This document shows positions 45,629 to 54,978 of a stretch of DNA of 64,000 bases, piece by piece. Every line of letters starts with the position of its first letter. Position 1 is the stretch's first letter. A program made the position numbers and the translations under genes. The DNA lies in the IMG/VR virus record IMGVR_UViG_2928826531_000001, positions 31,603 to 95,602 of that record; one strand, 5' to 3'. The notes beneath the pieces were generated by a model. It saw only the letters and a program-made list of their open reading frames with translations. It searched no databases and was not told the origin of the DNA. The stretch comes from a virus. Taxonomy: Duplodnaviria; Caudoviricetes.

Positions 45629-46462
45629 ATGTCGTTATCGTGGCGGTCTGTTTCGACCTCGGCAGCCGGGACAAGCCATCTGCGCGACGGGCGTCCCTGC
45701 CAGGATGCCAGTGTATGCGTGACACTCCTGGACGACGAGGGCTGTGAGACGCTCGTCGCCGTCGTTTCTGACGGCGCGGGCAGCGCGGCGCATTCTGACA
45801 TCGGGTCCGGGCTCGCCTGCTCGCTCTTCGTGGATGAGCTCCGTGCGCTGCTTGAGACCGGCGGTTCTGTCGCAGATGTGACACCAGACTTCACCCGTGA
45901 CTGGCTGCGCCGGTTCTCCGCCGAGATCGCTGTCCGCGCCGAGGCGATGGAGTGCTCTCCCCGCGAACTCGCGTGCACGCTGCTGGGAGCGGTTGTTTCC
46001 GAGAGCCGCGCCGTGTTTCTCCAGGTGGGAGATGGCGCCATCGTCTTCTCGACCGCGCAGGAACCCGACGCCATGGAGGTGGCGGTCTGGCCCCAGCAGG
46101 GCGAGTTCGCGAACGTAACGTTCTTCGCGACCGACTTGACCGCGGGCGACCGGATCGCCCACCGTGCCGTGGAGGAACGCATCGACCGCTTGGCAATGTT
46201 CAGCGACGGTCTCCAAATGTTGGCCCTGTCGTTCGCCGATCGGAGCGCGTTCCGGCCGTTCTTCGATCCCCTCTTCGGAACCCTAGAAGGAGCTCCGGAG
46301 GACGCGGTAGCAAATCTCAGCGACCCGCTGGAGGAGTTCCTCTCGTCACCTCGGGTCAACGGTCGTACGGATGATGACAAGAGCCTCATCCTGGCGAGCC
46401 GCCGGCAACCACCGAACGTCATTGGATGCGGGGGACGGGACGCGGAAGCCGTAGGACCATGA
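45629..46462 (+). CDS. PP2C-family phosphatase (TerY-P)
   Basis: GTSH...PCQD, VSDGAGSA, GDG, SDGL, TDDDK. Confidence 0.93.
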   Translation: MSLSWRSVSTSAAGTSHLRDGRPCQDASVCVTLLDDEGCETLVAVVSDGAGSAAHSDIGSGLACSLFVDELRALLETGGSVADVTPDFTRDWLRRFSAEIAVRAEAMECSPRELACTLLGAVVSESRAVFLQVGDGAIVFSTAQEPDAMEVAVWPQQGEFANVTFFATDLTAGDRIAHRAVEERIDRLAMFSDGLQMLALSFADRSAFRPFFDPLFGTLEGAPEDAVANLSDPLEEFLSSPRVNGRTDDDKSLILASRRQPPNVIGCGGRDAEAVGP

Positions 46463-48381
46463 GGATGTTCGACCGTCGCGGCCAAGCTATCCCGCTGGGA
46501 GCGAAGCTCGGAACCGGCGGCGAGGGCAACGTTTTCGAGGTGCTCGATCATCGCAAGCTCGTGGCCAAAATCTACCACCAGCCGCTGACCGACGAGAAGG
46601 CTACCAAACTCGCCCACATGGCCGAAATCTCAACGCCTGCGTTGCTTCAGCTGAGTGCGTGGCCCACAGATGTGCTGTTCGATCGGCCTGGTGGCAAAGC
46701 GGTCGGTCTCCTCATGGCCAAGGTCGACGGGCACAAGCCCGTCCATCTGCTCTACGGGCCCAAGAGCCGCCAGAAGGAGTTCCCGGACGCTCAGTGGCCA
46801 TTTTTGATTCACACCGCGGCGAACGTGGCAAGAGCCTTCGCGGCCGTGCACGAGCACGGGCACGTCATCGGCGACGTGAATCACGGCAATCTCCTCGTAT
46901 CGGCGGAGGGAACGGTCAAGTTTATCGACTGCGATTCCTTCCAGGTCCACGCCCACGGGCGCCATTACCTCTGTGAGGTTGGCGTTTCAACGCACACGCC
47001 TCCGGAACTACAGGACATTTCCTTCCGAACGACCCGACGCACGGCGAACCACGACGCCTTCGGCCTTGCTGTCATGGTGTTCCAGCTGCTGTTCATGGGC
47101 AGGCATCCATACTCCGGCAGCTATCTCGGGAAGGGCGAGATGCCCTTGGAGGATGCCATCAAGGGAGGGCGCTTCGCCTACGGCCCCGGAGCAGCGTCGC
47201 GTCTGATGAAGCAGCCTCCAGGAACCATCCCCCTTGAGGCGACCGGGCCTGTCGCCCCGTTGTTCGAGCGCGCATTCTCCGCGGTCACGCCCCTTCGGCC
47301 GACCGCGCTTGAATGGCGTGTTGGCCTACAGGCGCTGATGCAAGGGCTCGGCCAATGCCAGGCTAATCCGGCCCACCAGTACCTGCAGACTCTTGCGACC
47401 TGCCCCTGGTGCACGGTCGAGCGCCAGTCCGGCTTCCTGTTCTTCACGATCACGGCTGCTCAGGCTACCGGCACCGTTCTTCACCTCGACGTCTCGGCGC
47501 TGTGGCAGCAGATCAAAGCTATTCGCCCACCGCAGCCTCCCCCGTTGGCGGCGCCGTCCAGCTTCCAGGCACAGCCGTCTTCATCAGCCGGGGCTGTGAG
47601 GGCCAGGGCGAGGGGCAGGCAGCTCATCGGCTGGCTAGTCGCCATCGCGGGCTTCATTATCGGCCTCGGCCCGGCCGACAAACATGGTGGGATACTCATC
47701 GTTATCGCCGCTGCCTTCATCGGCTGGAAAATTGGCTCGTCCGATTCAGATGGCATCGAGAAGCTGCGCGCCGCACAACGCGATGCCTCACGCGTCTACG
47801 AGGACATGAGGCAGCGCTGGTACGAAGCAACGGGAGACGTTCGCTTCTCCAATAAGCTCCGTGAACTGGAATGCTTGAAGGCCGAGTACGATCGTCTTCC
47901 GGAGGAGCGCAGGCAGCGGCTGAATCGCCTTGAGAACGGGCGGCGTGCCAAGCAGCTCGAGGCGTTCCTCGACCGCTTCCGCATCAATGCCGCAACCATA
48001 CCGGGCATCGGCGACGGCCGGAAGGTGACACTGCAGTCATACGGGATCGAAACCGCAGCGGACGTCAAGCGGGACAGGATTCTGAACATTCCCGGTTTCG
48101 GCCCGGCGCTCACGAACCGGATCATGGCTTGGCACAAGACTGTGACGGCCAGGTTTGTTTTTGATCCGAACCAGGGCGTAAATCCGGCCGAGATCAGCAA
48201 GGTCGAAGCCGATATCCTGAAGAGGAAGCAGGAGATCGAGATGGCTCTTGCGCGCGGGCCAGCCGAACTGCAGGCCATTGGTGCGCAGAGCCAAGCTGCC
48301 ATGGTGGCGCTCCGCCAGCAGGTCGAAGCCGCCGCACGCCAACTCGCGCAGGCAGAGGTCGATCTACGTAGCGTCCAATAG
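46459..48381 (+). CDS. Ser/Thr kinase with TM helices and HhH domain (TerY-P)
   Basis: GTGGEG, VAKIY, GDVN..NLLV, IDCDS, CPWC Zn ribbon, 2 TM segments, IPGIG/IPGFG HhH. Confidence 0.92.
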   Translation: MRMFDRRGQAIPLGAKLGTGGEGNVFEVLDHRKLVAKIYHQPLTDEKATKLAHMAEISTPALLQLSAWPTDVLFDRPGGKAVGLLMAKVDGHKPVHLLYGPKSRQKEFPDAQWPFLIHTAANVARAFAAVHEHGHVIGDVNHGNLLVSAEGTVKFIDCDSFQVHAHGRHYLCEVGVSTHTPPELQDISFRTTRRTANHDAFGLAVMVFQLLFMGRHPYSGSYLGKGEMPLEDAIKGGRFAYGPGAASRLMKQPPGTIPLEATGPVAPLFERAFSAVTPLRPTALEWRVGLQALMQGLGQCQANPAHQYLQTLATCPWCTVERQSGFLFFTITAAQATGTVLHLDVSALWQQIKAIRPPQPPPLAAPSSFQAQPSSSAGAVRARARGRQLIGWLVAIAGFIIGLGPADKHGGILIVIAAAFIGWKIGSSDSDGIEKLRAAQRDASRVYEDMRQRWYEATGDVRFSNKLRELECLKAEYDRLPEERRQRLNRLENGRRAKQLEAFLDRFRINAATIPGIGDGRKVTLQSYGIETAADVKRDRILNIPGFGPALTNRIMAWHKTVTARFVFDPNQGVNPAEISKVEADILKRKQEIEMALARGPAELQAIGAQSQAAMVALRQQVEAAARQLAQAEVDLRSVQ

Positions 48382-48446
48382 GTGGCAAGGCAACGTCGCC
48401 GGCCTGGCGCTGTGACGCGCCGCGGGCACCAACCGACCCGTCTCGC

Positions 48447-48461
48447 GTTCATCCTTCGTTC
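48447..48461. promoter_or_regulatory. Alphaproteobacterial LexA (SOS) box
   Basis: GTTC-ATCCTTC-GTTC, 47 nt upstream of the ATG at 48509. Confidence 0.7.
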
Positions 48462-48508
48462 ACCGTCGCCATCGATCATGGCAGTGGGCAGCGCGCGAAG
48501 GAGGGGGC

Positions 48509-48952
48509 ATGGACGAACGGCACACCGACGAGGAGCAGCGACCCGTTCCGCTGGCGTCGAACGCCGACGAGGGCGATTGCGGCGCCCCGATCCTGTACCT
48601 GGAGGGCTGGTGCAGCGCCTGCACCGAAACCGTTCACGTGCACCTGGGGCTGGACGCCCGGCCGTGCCACTGCGGGGCGTCCCTGGTCGACATCGTCGGC
48701 GATGGTCAGCGGTGGTGGAAAGCCGGAGCGGCGCGCGATTTGGGCGCCATTCTCGGACGCCGCCCGGCCGAGGCGCCGCGCGACGGCACGCGCATCGTCG
48801 CGTGGTTCGCGGGCCGGCGACGCGTCGCCGATTCCCGGTGGAGCGGCGGCGGGTGGAAGATGCAGAGCGGCGACGGCTGGGAGCGGGTGGACGGCGACCT
48901 GGTCGCGTGGCTGCCGCGCTCGTTGGAGGCCGTTTCCGAGGACCTGCCATGA
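48509..48952 (+). CDS. Zn-ribbon protein with APRDGT (DUF551-like) C-terminus
   Basis: GAAGGAGGGG RBS; CSAC..CHC; EAPRDGT.I..W...W.P. Confidence 0.65.
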   Translation: MDERHTDEEQRPVPLASNADEGDCGAPILYLEGWCSACTETVHVHLGLDARPCHCGASLVDIVGDGQRWWKAGAARDLGAILGRRPAEAPRDGTRIVAWFAGRRRVADSRWSGGGWKMQSGDGWERVDGDLVAWLPRSLEAVSEDLP

Positions 48953-49173
48953 GTACCAAGCGCCTCGACTGCCTCGGGCGGCTCTCCTACCACGGCGTGC
49001 TGATCCCACTGAAATGCACCGCCTGCGGTCACTTTGCCGAGGTGCAGCCGGGCGACTTGATTCTGCGGTTTGGCTGGGCCGCAGAGCCTGAGCGCATTCC
49101 CTGGCGGTGCTCGAAGTGCGGCGCGGATCGAACCCGGATCCTGGTCGGCCGGGCCGCGCGCATGGCGCGGTAA
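48949..49173 (+). CDS. Small Zn-finger protein
   Basis: ATGA overlap; CTACGH...L..RFG...RCSKCG. Confidence 0.7.
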   Translation: MSTKRLDCLGRLSYHGVLIPLKCTACGHFAEVQPGDLILRFGWAAEPERIPWRCSKCGADRTRILVGRAARMAR

Positions 49174-49561
49174 CGACCGACCGGACCGGCTCGCGCGCCG
49201 GTCGATGATGCCGCGCTGCAACCAAGACGACACAACAGGGCCGGGCCGAACGCCCGGCACCGTAGCACACGGAGCGGTCGACGTGACCTATCGGGAACTG
49301 GTGCATGCAATCAATGTCGGACCCCGCCACCAAATCCGCCACCTTTGATCCCATGTTCGCCTCCACGTGCCAAAGGCACAGGAAACAGGTAGCAGATCAG
49401 TCGGTTTGCCGGGGCGAGATCATCGAGGGAGAGATGTCGAAACGGCCCCCTAGTGGTCTGGGCCAGACGGAGCGCGCCGTTCTACTTACCTAACGATATG
49501 TCTGGCACACATTACCAGCGCCTGACCATTTCTGGCCGTGGTGAGGTGCTCCAGTGCAGTT

Positions 49562-50275
49562 TCACTTAGCTCCGAAGGTCATCCGGGCAATGCGGGTCAA
49601 CAATTGGCGGAGCCAGAGCCAAAGGCGCTGCATCAACGATATCGAATTTACGGCGGACACTTCACCAGCGAAAAACAGAGAGCGGCGGCCATAATATGTC
49701 TGCATATTAACGCTCGTTTGACCGAAGCCGTAGCTGCTTGGGTAGGCGCCGTCGTAACTATGAACAACCTTATCCCAAAGCGTTATGAGTCCCTCGTAGT
49801 CGCCATCCATTGAGAGCATATGATCCGGCAGGACCCCATTCCTCATGCCGAATTCTTCGTCGTTTTTCATCCATATGGTATCCTCATGCTTTTTCGGTAC
49901 AGGATAGCGACCCTTCTCCACTGCGTAAGCCAACTTTCTAAGTAATCTCTTCTCCGATTCGTCGAACACGAGCCCGCATTTCTCGAAGTCAACGAGAGGA
50001 TTGTGGAAACTCAGATCTCGGTGAAGCTTGTCGTCTTGAGCAAGTGATGGATTGGACATCAATCGGTATGCCTTGGCAAACAGCTCAAAAGCATACCCGT
50101 ACAGCAGCCAAATCGGCTGGTGGGCGTCCGCCGTTGCAGCTAAGCTTCCAATTTCTCTTTGCAACGCCTCCTTGGCAGCATCACCTGCAAGCTTGTATTG
50201 AAAAGCCAGTCGTAACCACGCCTGGGGCATCTGTCCGAACAAATATTGACTTTTTGACAAATTCTCCTTGTCCAT
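49562..50275 (-). CDS. HEPN-like protein
   Basis: YGYAFELFAKA, HNP and GRYP pattern; low GC. Confidence 0.6.
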   Translation of the reverse strand: MDKENLSKSQYLFGQMPQAWLRLAFQYKLAGDAAKEALQREIGSLAATADAHQPIWLLYGYAFELFAKAYRLMSNPSLAQDDKLHRDLSFHNPLVDFEKCGLVFDESEKRLLRKLAYAVEKGRYPVPKKHEDTIWMKNDEEFGMRNGVLPDHMLSMDGDYEGLITLWDKVVHSYDGAYPSSYGFGQTSVNMQTYYGRRSLFFAGEVSAVNSISLMQRLWLWLRQLLTRIARMTFGAK

Positions 50276-50351
50276 GCTAACGCCCTGCTTTTAGTTGCGG
50301 TTTACCTGATAATCCGCTGGAGCATCAATAAAGATACCGGCATGTGACACG

Positions 50352-50606
50352 ATGAACAACTCCCCAGGCGCCAATCGTGCAGACGACCGAACTCGGGGCT
50401 GGTGGGCCGAACCAGACGAATGGTTTCGTTTGTACCTCGCCAGACCCGAGGAATTTCGCACGCCGGGCAAGGTTACATACGGTCAGCCGTTCGCCTTAGG
50501 TCGCGGTGCGAAGGTGGCGCGGCAACTCCGCGCCAAGGGGATCCCGGTGGCGCGCGCGTCGAGCGACCTTGACGCCCGGTGGCGGATCTATGCAACCATT
50601 GACTGA
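50352..50606 (+). CDS. Hypothetical protein
   Basis: 84-aa ORF; no recognised motif. Confidence 0.35.
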   Translation: MNNSPGANRADDRTRGWWAEPDEWFRLYLARPEEFRTPGKVTYGQPFALGRGAKVARQLRAKGIPVARASSDLDARWRIYATID

Positions 50607-50658
50607 TCGACGTTGCTCGCGTAAGCCTAAAAAAGCTCAAAGAATTATGGGGGAGACG

Positions 50659-51975
50659 ATGGCGTACGTGTATTTATCAAATAGCACTGGAATTATCCCC
50701 ATCTACGGCCCCGATTACATTACGGTGAATGAAGGTAATGTCGGCGAGAGTAAATTTTTTGTCCGTTTCAACTTGTCGGCGGCGCTTCCCAATCCGGTGT
50801 CGGTGAGCTATTCCACGCTGGGATTGGCGACGCAGCCGTCATACGATTACATTCCACAGGTAGCCGCAGTTACTATACCTGCTGGATCTTTGTTCGTTGA
50901 TGTACCGTTCTACATTCTTGGCGATACCATCGACGAAACCGATGAAGTCGTTACAATCGCAATAAATAAAGTAGACGGCGCCGACTACGACGCGAACAAG
51001 AAAAGTATAATGGCCTTTATTCAAGATGATGACCCTCCAGGATCTAACGTCAACACAGCGCCGCCGTCATCTCTCAATCCGAAATTTTCAATTAGAGCAG
51101 TGGATGCTGACAAGCCAGAGGGTAATAGTGGATCGACGCCGTTCACATTTGAGATATTTCGCGAAGGCGACCTGACATCCACGACGAGTGTGATGTGGTA
51201 CCGTAAAATTGTGGACGGCAACGGGCAGTCCAACACGTTAGACATAAGTCAAAATTATGTTGGACAATACGTTACGTTCCAACCGGGGGAAAGCGCAAAA
51301 ACCATCAGCGTCATGGTCAATGGCGATAGAATTCCCGAGGCAGATGAGGAGTTCACCATTGAATTCCGGACCTTTGATGAATTTGTCAACGCAACTGGTG
51401 TGACAAAGGCCACGGGCATTATCCGGAATGACGATAACGGTAAGGTGGTGTCGATTGTCAGGTCGGGCATCAGGGTCGACAGCTACTTCGACTCCTATCA
51501 AGGGCCAGTGAGCGGAATTAAGTGGCAGTTTCTCGGGAACGAGGACTCTGAGGTCGTGAACGGAACGGACGACGCCGATTTTCTAAACCTCATGGGGAAT
51601 ACGGATGCGGCCAGTGGAGGCGCAGGCGATGATGTCCTCGACGGTGGTACCGGGTCGAATTTCCTGACCGGAGGAAATGGCGCCGATACCTTTTTCGTCG
51701 ACGGACGCAATACGGGAATTACATGGTCTACTGTCACCGATTTTGATGCCAACGAGTGGGCCACTGCCTGGGGATGGCGCGAAGGCATCTCGAAGCTTAC
51801 TTGGGTCGATATGGCGGGAGCCGACGCCTACAAGGGGGCAACGGCGCATATGGACTTTGATGGCAATGGAACCATTGACTCCAGTATGACCTTTACTGGG
51901 AAGGCGGTGGGAAGCGTGATCTCCATGACCGGGCAAGTTGGAAATGATGCTTATCTCGCTTTCCGAATTGGGTAA
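50659..51975 (+). CDS. Calx-beta + RTX Ca-binding secreted protein
   Basis: Two Calx-beta repeats (VNEGN..GDTIDETDE; EGNSG..GDRIPEADEEF); GGAGDDVLDGGTGSNFLTGGNGADTF nonapeptides; low GC. Confidence 0.85.
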   Translation: MAYVYLSNSTGIIPIYGPDYITVNEGNVGESKFFVRFNLSAALPNPVSVSYSTLGLATQPSYDYIPQVAAVTIPAGSLFVDVPFYILGDTIDETDEVVTIAINKVDGADYDANKKSIMAFIQDDDPPGSNVNTAPPSSLNPKFSIRAVDADKPEGNSGSTPFTFEIFREGDLTSTTSVMWYRKIVDGNGQSNTLDISQNYVGQYVTFQPGESAKTISVMVNGDRIPEADEEFTIEFRTFDEFVNATGVTKATGIIRNDDNGKVVSIVRSGIRVDSYFDSYQGPVSGIKWQFLGNEDSEVVNGTDDADFLNLMGNTDAASGGAGDDVLDGGTGSNFLTGGNGADTFFVDGRNTGITWSTVTDFDANEWATAWGWREGISKLTWVDMAGADAYKGATAHMDFDGNGTIDSSMTFTGKAVGSVISMTGQVGNDAYLAFRIG

Positions 51976-51986
51976 GAGAGCCTTTT

Positions 51987-52556
51987 TCAGATCGTAGGCA
52001 AGCGCCGGCGGGTCAGCTGAGCATTCTTGGCCGCTTGGTTCAACCCCTCGGGGCCAAGTGTCAGCGCCCGCTTCAACGCGGCGATTCGCCTACGTTGTTG
52101 TAGGAGTTCCTGCCCGTCCAGACGCTCGGCGAGAGCGTTCGCCGCGGCAATCTTCTCCCGTTGCGCTGTAGCCCACCCGTCGCCCTGCCGCGGTGCGGTG
52201 CGGTCCTTTTCCACCGCCGCCCGTGCCAGCGTCAGGTAGACTTCTTGTCCCCACTGCCCCATCCCAAAGTTGACCGCCGTGCATACAAGCCGGACGTTGT
52301 CGACAGTATATCCCAATTGGGAGTCGCGACGGTCGATGCTGGGGGCGAAGGGGTGTTTGACCAACGCCTCCTCATACCTTTCCCAGCTGAACCAAAAGCC
52401 AGTGACGTCGCAGCGACCGCCCTGCGCCTGGTACATGGTCTCAGCGTGATCCTCGCTAAGATCGAAGGCACGCCCCGAGCGCTTAGCCCGGCTGCGCGCA
52501 TCCAAGACAAGACCACGAAGCCTGCGCTGACGGATCACATCGTCCTCGGTGGCCAT
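51987..52556 (-). CDS. His-Me finger (HNH/EndoVII-like) nuclease
   Basis: Q.GRC..TG, PSIDR.DS..GYT.DNVRLVC..VN. Confidence 0.8.
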   Translation of the reverse strand: MATEDDVIRQRRLRGLVLDARSRAKRSGRAFDLSEDHAETMYQAQGGRCDVTGFWFSWERYEEALVKHPFAPSIDRRDSQLGYTVDNVRLVCTAVNFGMGQWGQEVYLTLARAAVEKDRTAPRQGDGWATAQREKIAAANALAERLDGQELLQQRRRIAALKRALTLGPEGLNQAAKNAQLTRRRLPTI

Positions 52557-52571
52557 GACGTACGCGCCTCC

Positions 52572-52781
52572 TCAGATGGACCGTTTCAAGCGGGGCGGCT
52601 CCCCCCGCACGATTCTCCGCTCGTCGATCTCGGGAAAAAGCTCAGCGGGAACGCGGGTTTCTGATCCAGGCATGAGCCAGCAATCGCCCGTCCACATACA
52701 GACGATCCATCCGTCACCGACTGCATCAGGTCCAAGTCGCACGAAGTAAAACCCCTTAGACCGCGAGCGGTGATCGGTCAT
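52572..52781 (-). CDS. Hypothetical phage protein
   Basis: GFYFVR..W....W.G..W pattern; AAGGA RBS. Confidence 0.55.
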   Translation of the reverse strand: MTDHRSRSKGFYFVRLGPDAVGDGWIVCMWTGDCWLMPGSETRVPAELFPEIDERRIVRGEPPRLKRSI

Positions 52782-52790
52782 GTCCTTACC

Positions 52791-53240
52791 TCACTTTTTG
52801 AAGACGCTGTTGGCCAAGGTGCGGAGACGTACCTGTAATCCAACCCTTGCAGCCCAGCGGCTAAGGTTGTGCGATTCGCCCGACCTCAACGTCTCAATAA
52901 TAGACTCCAGCCTGGACAGTACTTCGACTGCTTCCCGACGCAGAGGCTCATAATCAACTTCTGCTTCCTGCTCGTTGTCGGGGGCAGGGAGGTCTGCATG
53001 CGTAGTTCCGCCGTCAATTGATCGCGCCCAGAGCGCAAAGCTCCGAAGGTTTAACGCGCTGCCGCTCCCAGTCTCGCGACCCCGCACCTGTTCGTAAATT
53101 ACCCACGGCCCCCTTAGCTTGCGCTGGAACGAGTGTGGGGGGAGGTCGGAGGGCTCGTCAGTAATGCAGATGACGCGACGGGCAGCGGAGCCATCGTCAT
53201 TCTGGTAGGTCTGGCCATCTTTGATGTCGCTTCTCTTCAT
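52791..53240 (-). CDS. Hypothetical phage protein
   Basis: DIK.G.TY...RRV...FA.WA; RBS present. Confidence 0.55.
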   Translation of the reverse strand: MKRSDIKDGQTYQNDDGSAARRVICITDEPSDLPPHSFQRKLRGPWVIYEQVRGRETGSGSALNLRSFALWARSIDGGTTHADLPAPDNEQEAEVDYEPLRREAVEVLSRLESIIETLRSGESHNLSRWAARVGLQVRLRTLANSVFKK

Positions 53241-53409
53241 GACGCGCGATCCTTCTTGATCAGGCTTCCTGGCAGGTCATGGCGCGGCCTCGATCTGCTT
53301 GGAGATCCACTGGCTCAGGCTGATGCCCTCCACCGCACGTCGTCGGCCATGGCGAGGCATTCCATGCGTCGACTGCTCCACGGAAGTATCCTCCACGCCA
53401 TTCGCCGCG

Positions 53410-54867
53410 TTACTTCTGGCAGGAGGCGATCAATCCCTTCAGCATTTTCCTCGCCTCGGCCGTGATTTTCATCTCATATCCGTAGTAGAAGTCCGGGTTC
53501 AGCGGCTGCAACGCGTATCGAATCGTGTTTGAAGAGGCGACCATCGCCGCGACGTTGGCGGGTAGAACGTAATGTCCGGCGACGAACTCTCCGCGATGCT
53601 CGAGAAGGGCACCCTTCAATCCTTTGATGACGATTGGCGTCTGATCGAGGGTCAAGGTCTGCGGAGGGTTCCGGGCCGCCAGATCAAAAGACTCTTCGCC
53701 GCCCGTGAACATCGCGGTGAAGTTGATCTCCTTGTCCTCGTTGCAGAGGAAGATCGCTTTGCTGGTGCCGTTCCAGGTTTCCTGCTGCCCCTTCACATAC
53801 AGCCCGAAGTCCAGGGACTCGATGGTCCACTTCGGCTCGGTCCCTGAATGGACGACGTGGTAGCGCTCGAGGTCTTCTTGCGAGAGCACGTTGATGTCGC
53901 TGCTCGCGACCCGGGTCATCACGGGGAAGAGCCCGGGCTCGATCCCCATCTCGCCCAGGTACGACACCAGCAGAGCGCTCACCACCTGGGCGGCATCGCT
54001 GTCCTGGCCTGTGGATCTCGAAAACGCGAAGCGGTGGACGCCGTACTTCGAGCCGGAAGGAACACTGCGGAATTTGCCTCCCAGAAACGCGGTGGCGCAG
54101 GCGCTGTAACAGTAGCCGGGATTGATGCCGCTGTCCGTGGGCCGGCGTACACCAATCGTCGTCGAGAAGCCGCGCCTCCGGAACTCGCGCCCGAGGGCTA
54201 CTCCTTGGGCGAGGTTGCCGCCAGGCGAATTAAGAATGACGCTCGATCCGTCGGGAACGTTGTTGGAATCCAGGAAAGCGGAAAAGCGCCGCGCCGCGTC
54301 TTCGTCGATCGGGCCGAACAACTGGATACGCCACGCCGTCCCCGTGATCCGCGGCAGCCATGGAGGCTCGCCCATGATCGTCAGATGGTTGTCGTCGATG
54401 TGCTCGATGATGGGACGCGGCTTTGACGATGCGGCCGGCGGACCGGCGGGCCTGCTCACGGTGCCACTGGCCGCTTCCCCGCCCGCGGGCGCCGATGTTG
54501 AGTTTCCGAGACTGGCTAGGTATGCCGTGCGCGCTGCGAGATTCTCACCGACACACGCCCGGCTGCGGGCGATGACGTCCGCCGTCGGAGCGCCCCGTCC
54601 AGGCACGCCGCACCGCTGGGTGTAGTCGGAAATCCATTGCTTCTGCTCGGCGGTCAGGGTCTTCCGGCGGTCCTCGTCGAGGGACTTGCGCAGCGTGTTC
54701 CAGGCGCCCTGAAGCCGATCAACGCTTTCCACCAGATTGGGGTCCGAGCAGATGACGTGGTCGACCGCGAGATACGCCTTCGAGCAGTCAAATGCCTTGC
54801 TTTCTTTAGATCCGAAAGCCGCGGTGGCAAGCGCGAACGCCACCACGGAAAGTCGAAGCACCTTCAT
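53410..54867 (-). CDS. Exported protein: LprI-like N-terminus + ClpP/crotonase-like (COG3904) domain
   Basis: Signal peptide; FDCSKA....ICSDP.L...Q..W...C; LNSPGG....LGR, CYSAC..AFLGG..R, GVHR. Confidence 0.8.
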   Translation of the reverse strand: MKVLRLSVVAFALATAAFGSKESKAFDCSKAYLAVDHVICSDPNLVESVDRLQGAWNTLRKSLDEDRRKTLTAEQKQWISDYTQRCGVPGRGAPTADVIARSRACVGENLAARTAYLASLGNSTSAPAGGEAASGTVSRPAGPPAASSKPRPIIEHIDDNHLTIMGEPPWLPRITGTAWRIQLFGPIDEDAARRFSAFLDSNNVPDGSSVILNSPGGNLAQGVALGREFRRRGFSTTIGVRRPTDSGINPGYCYSACATAFLGGKFRSVPSGSKYGVHRFAFSRSTGQDSDAAQVVSALLVSYLGEMGIEPGLFPVMTRVASSDINVLSQEDLERYHVVHSGTEPKWTIESLDFGLYVKGQQETWNGTSKAIFLCNEDKEINFTAMFTGGEESFDLAARNPPQTLTLDQTPIVIKGLKGALLEHRGEFVAGHYVLPANVAAMVASSNTIRYALQPLNPDFYYGYEMKITAEARKMLKGLIASCQK

Positions 54868-54978
54868 TGACTCTTCCCGGCCGTCGCAAACCTTGTTGTT
54901 CCACAGCCATCAATAGCAAGGCAATGCGCCACGGTCAATTTGCTGGCGACGTGGCATTCGAAGGTTTGGCGGCGCTGT

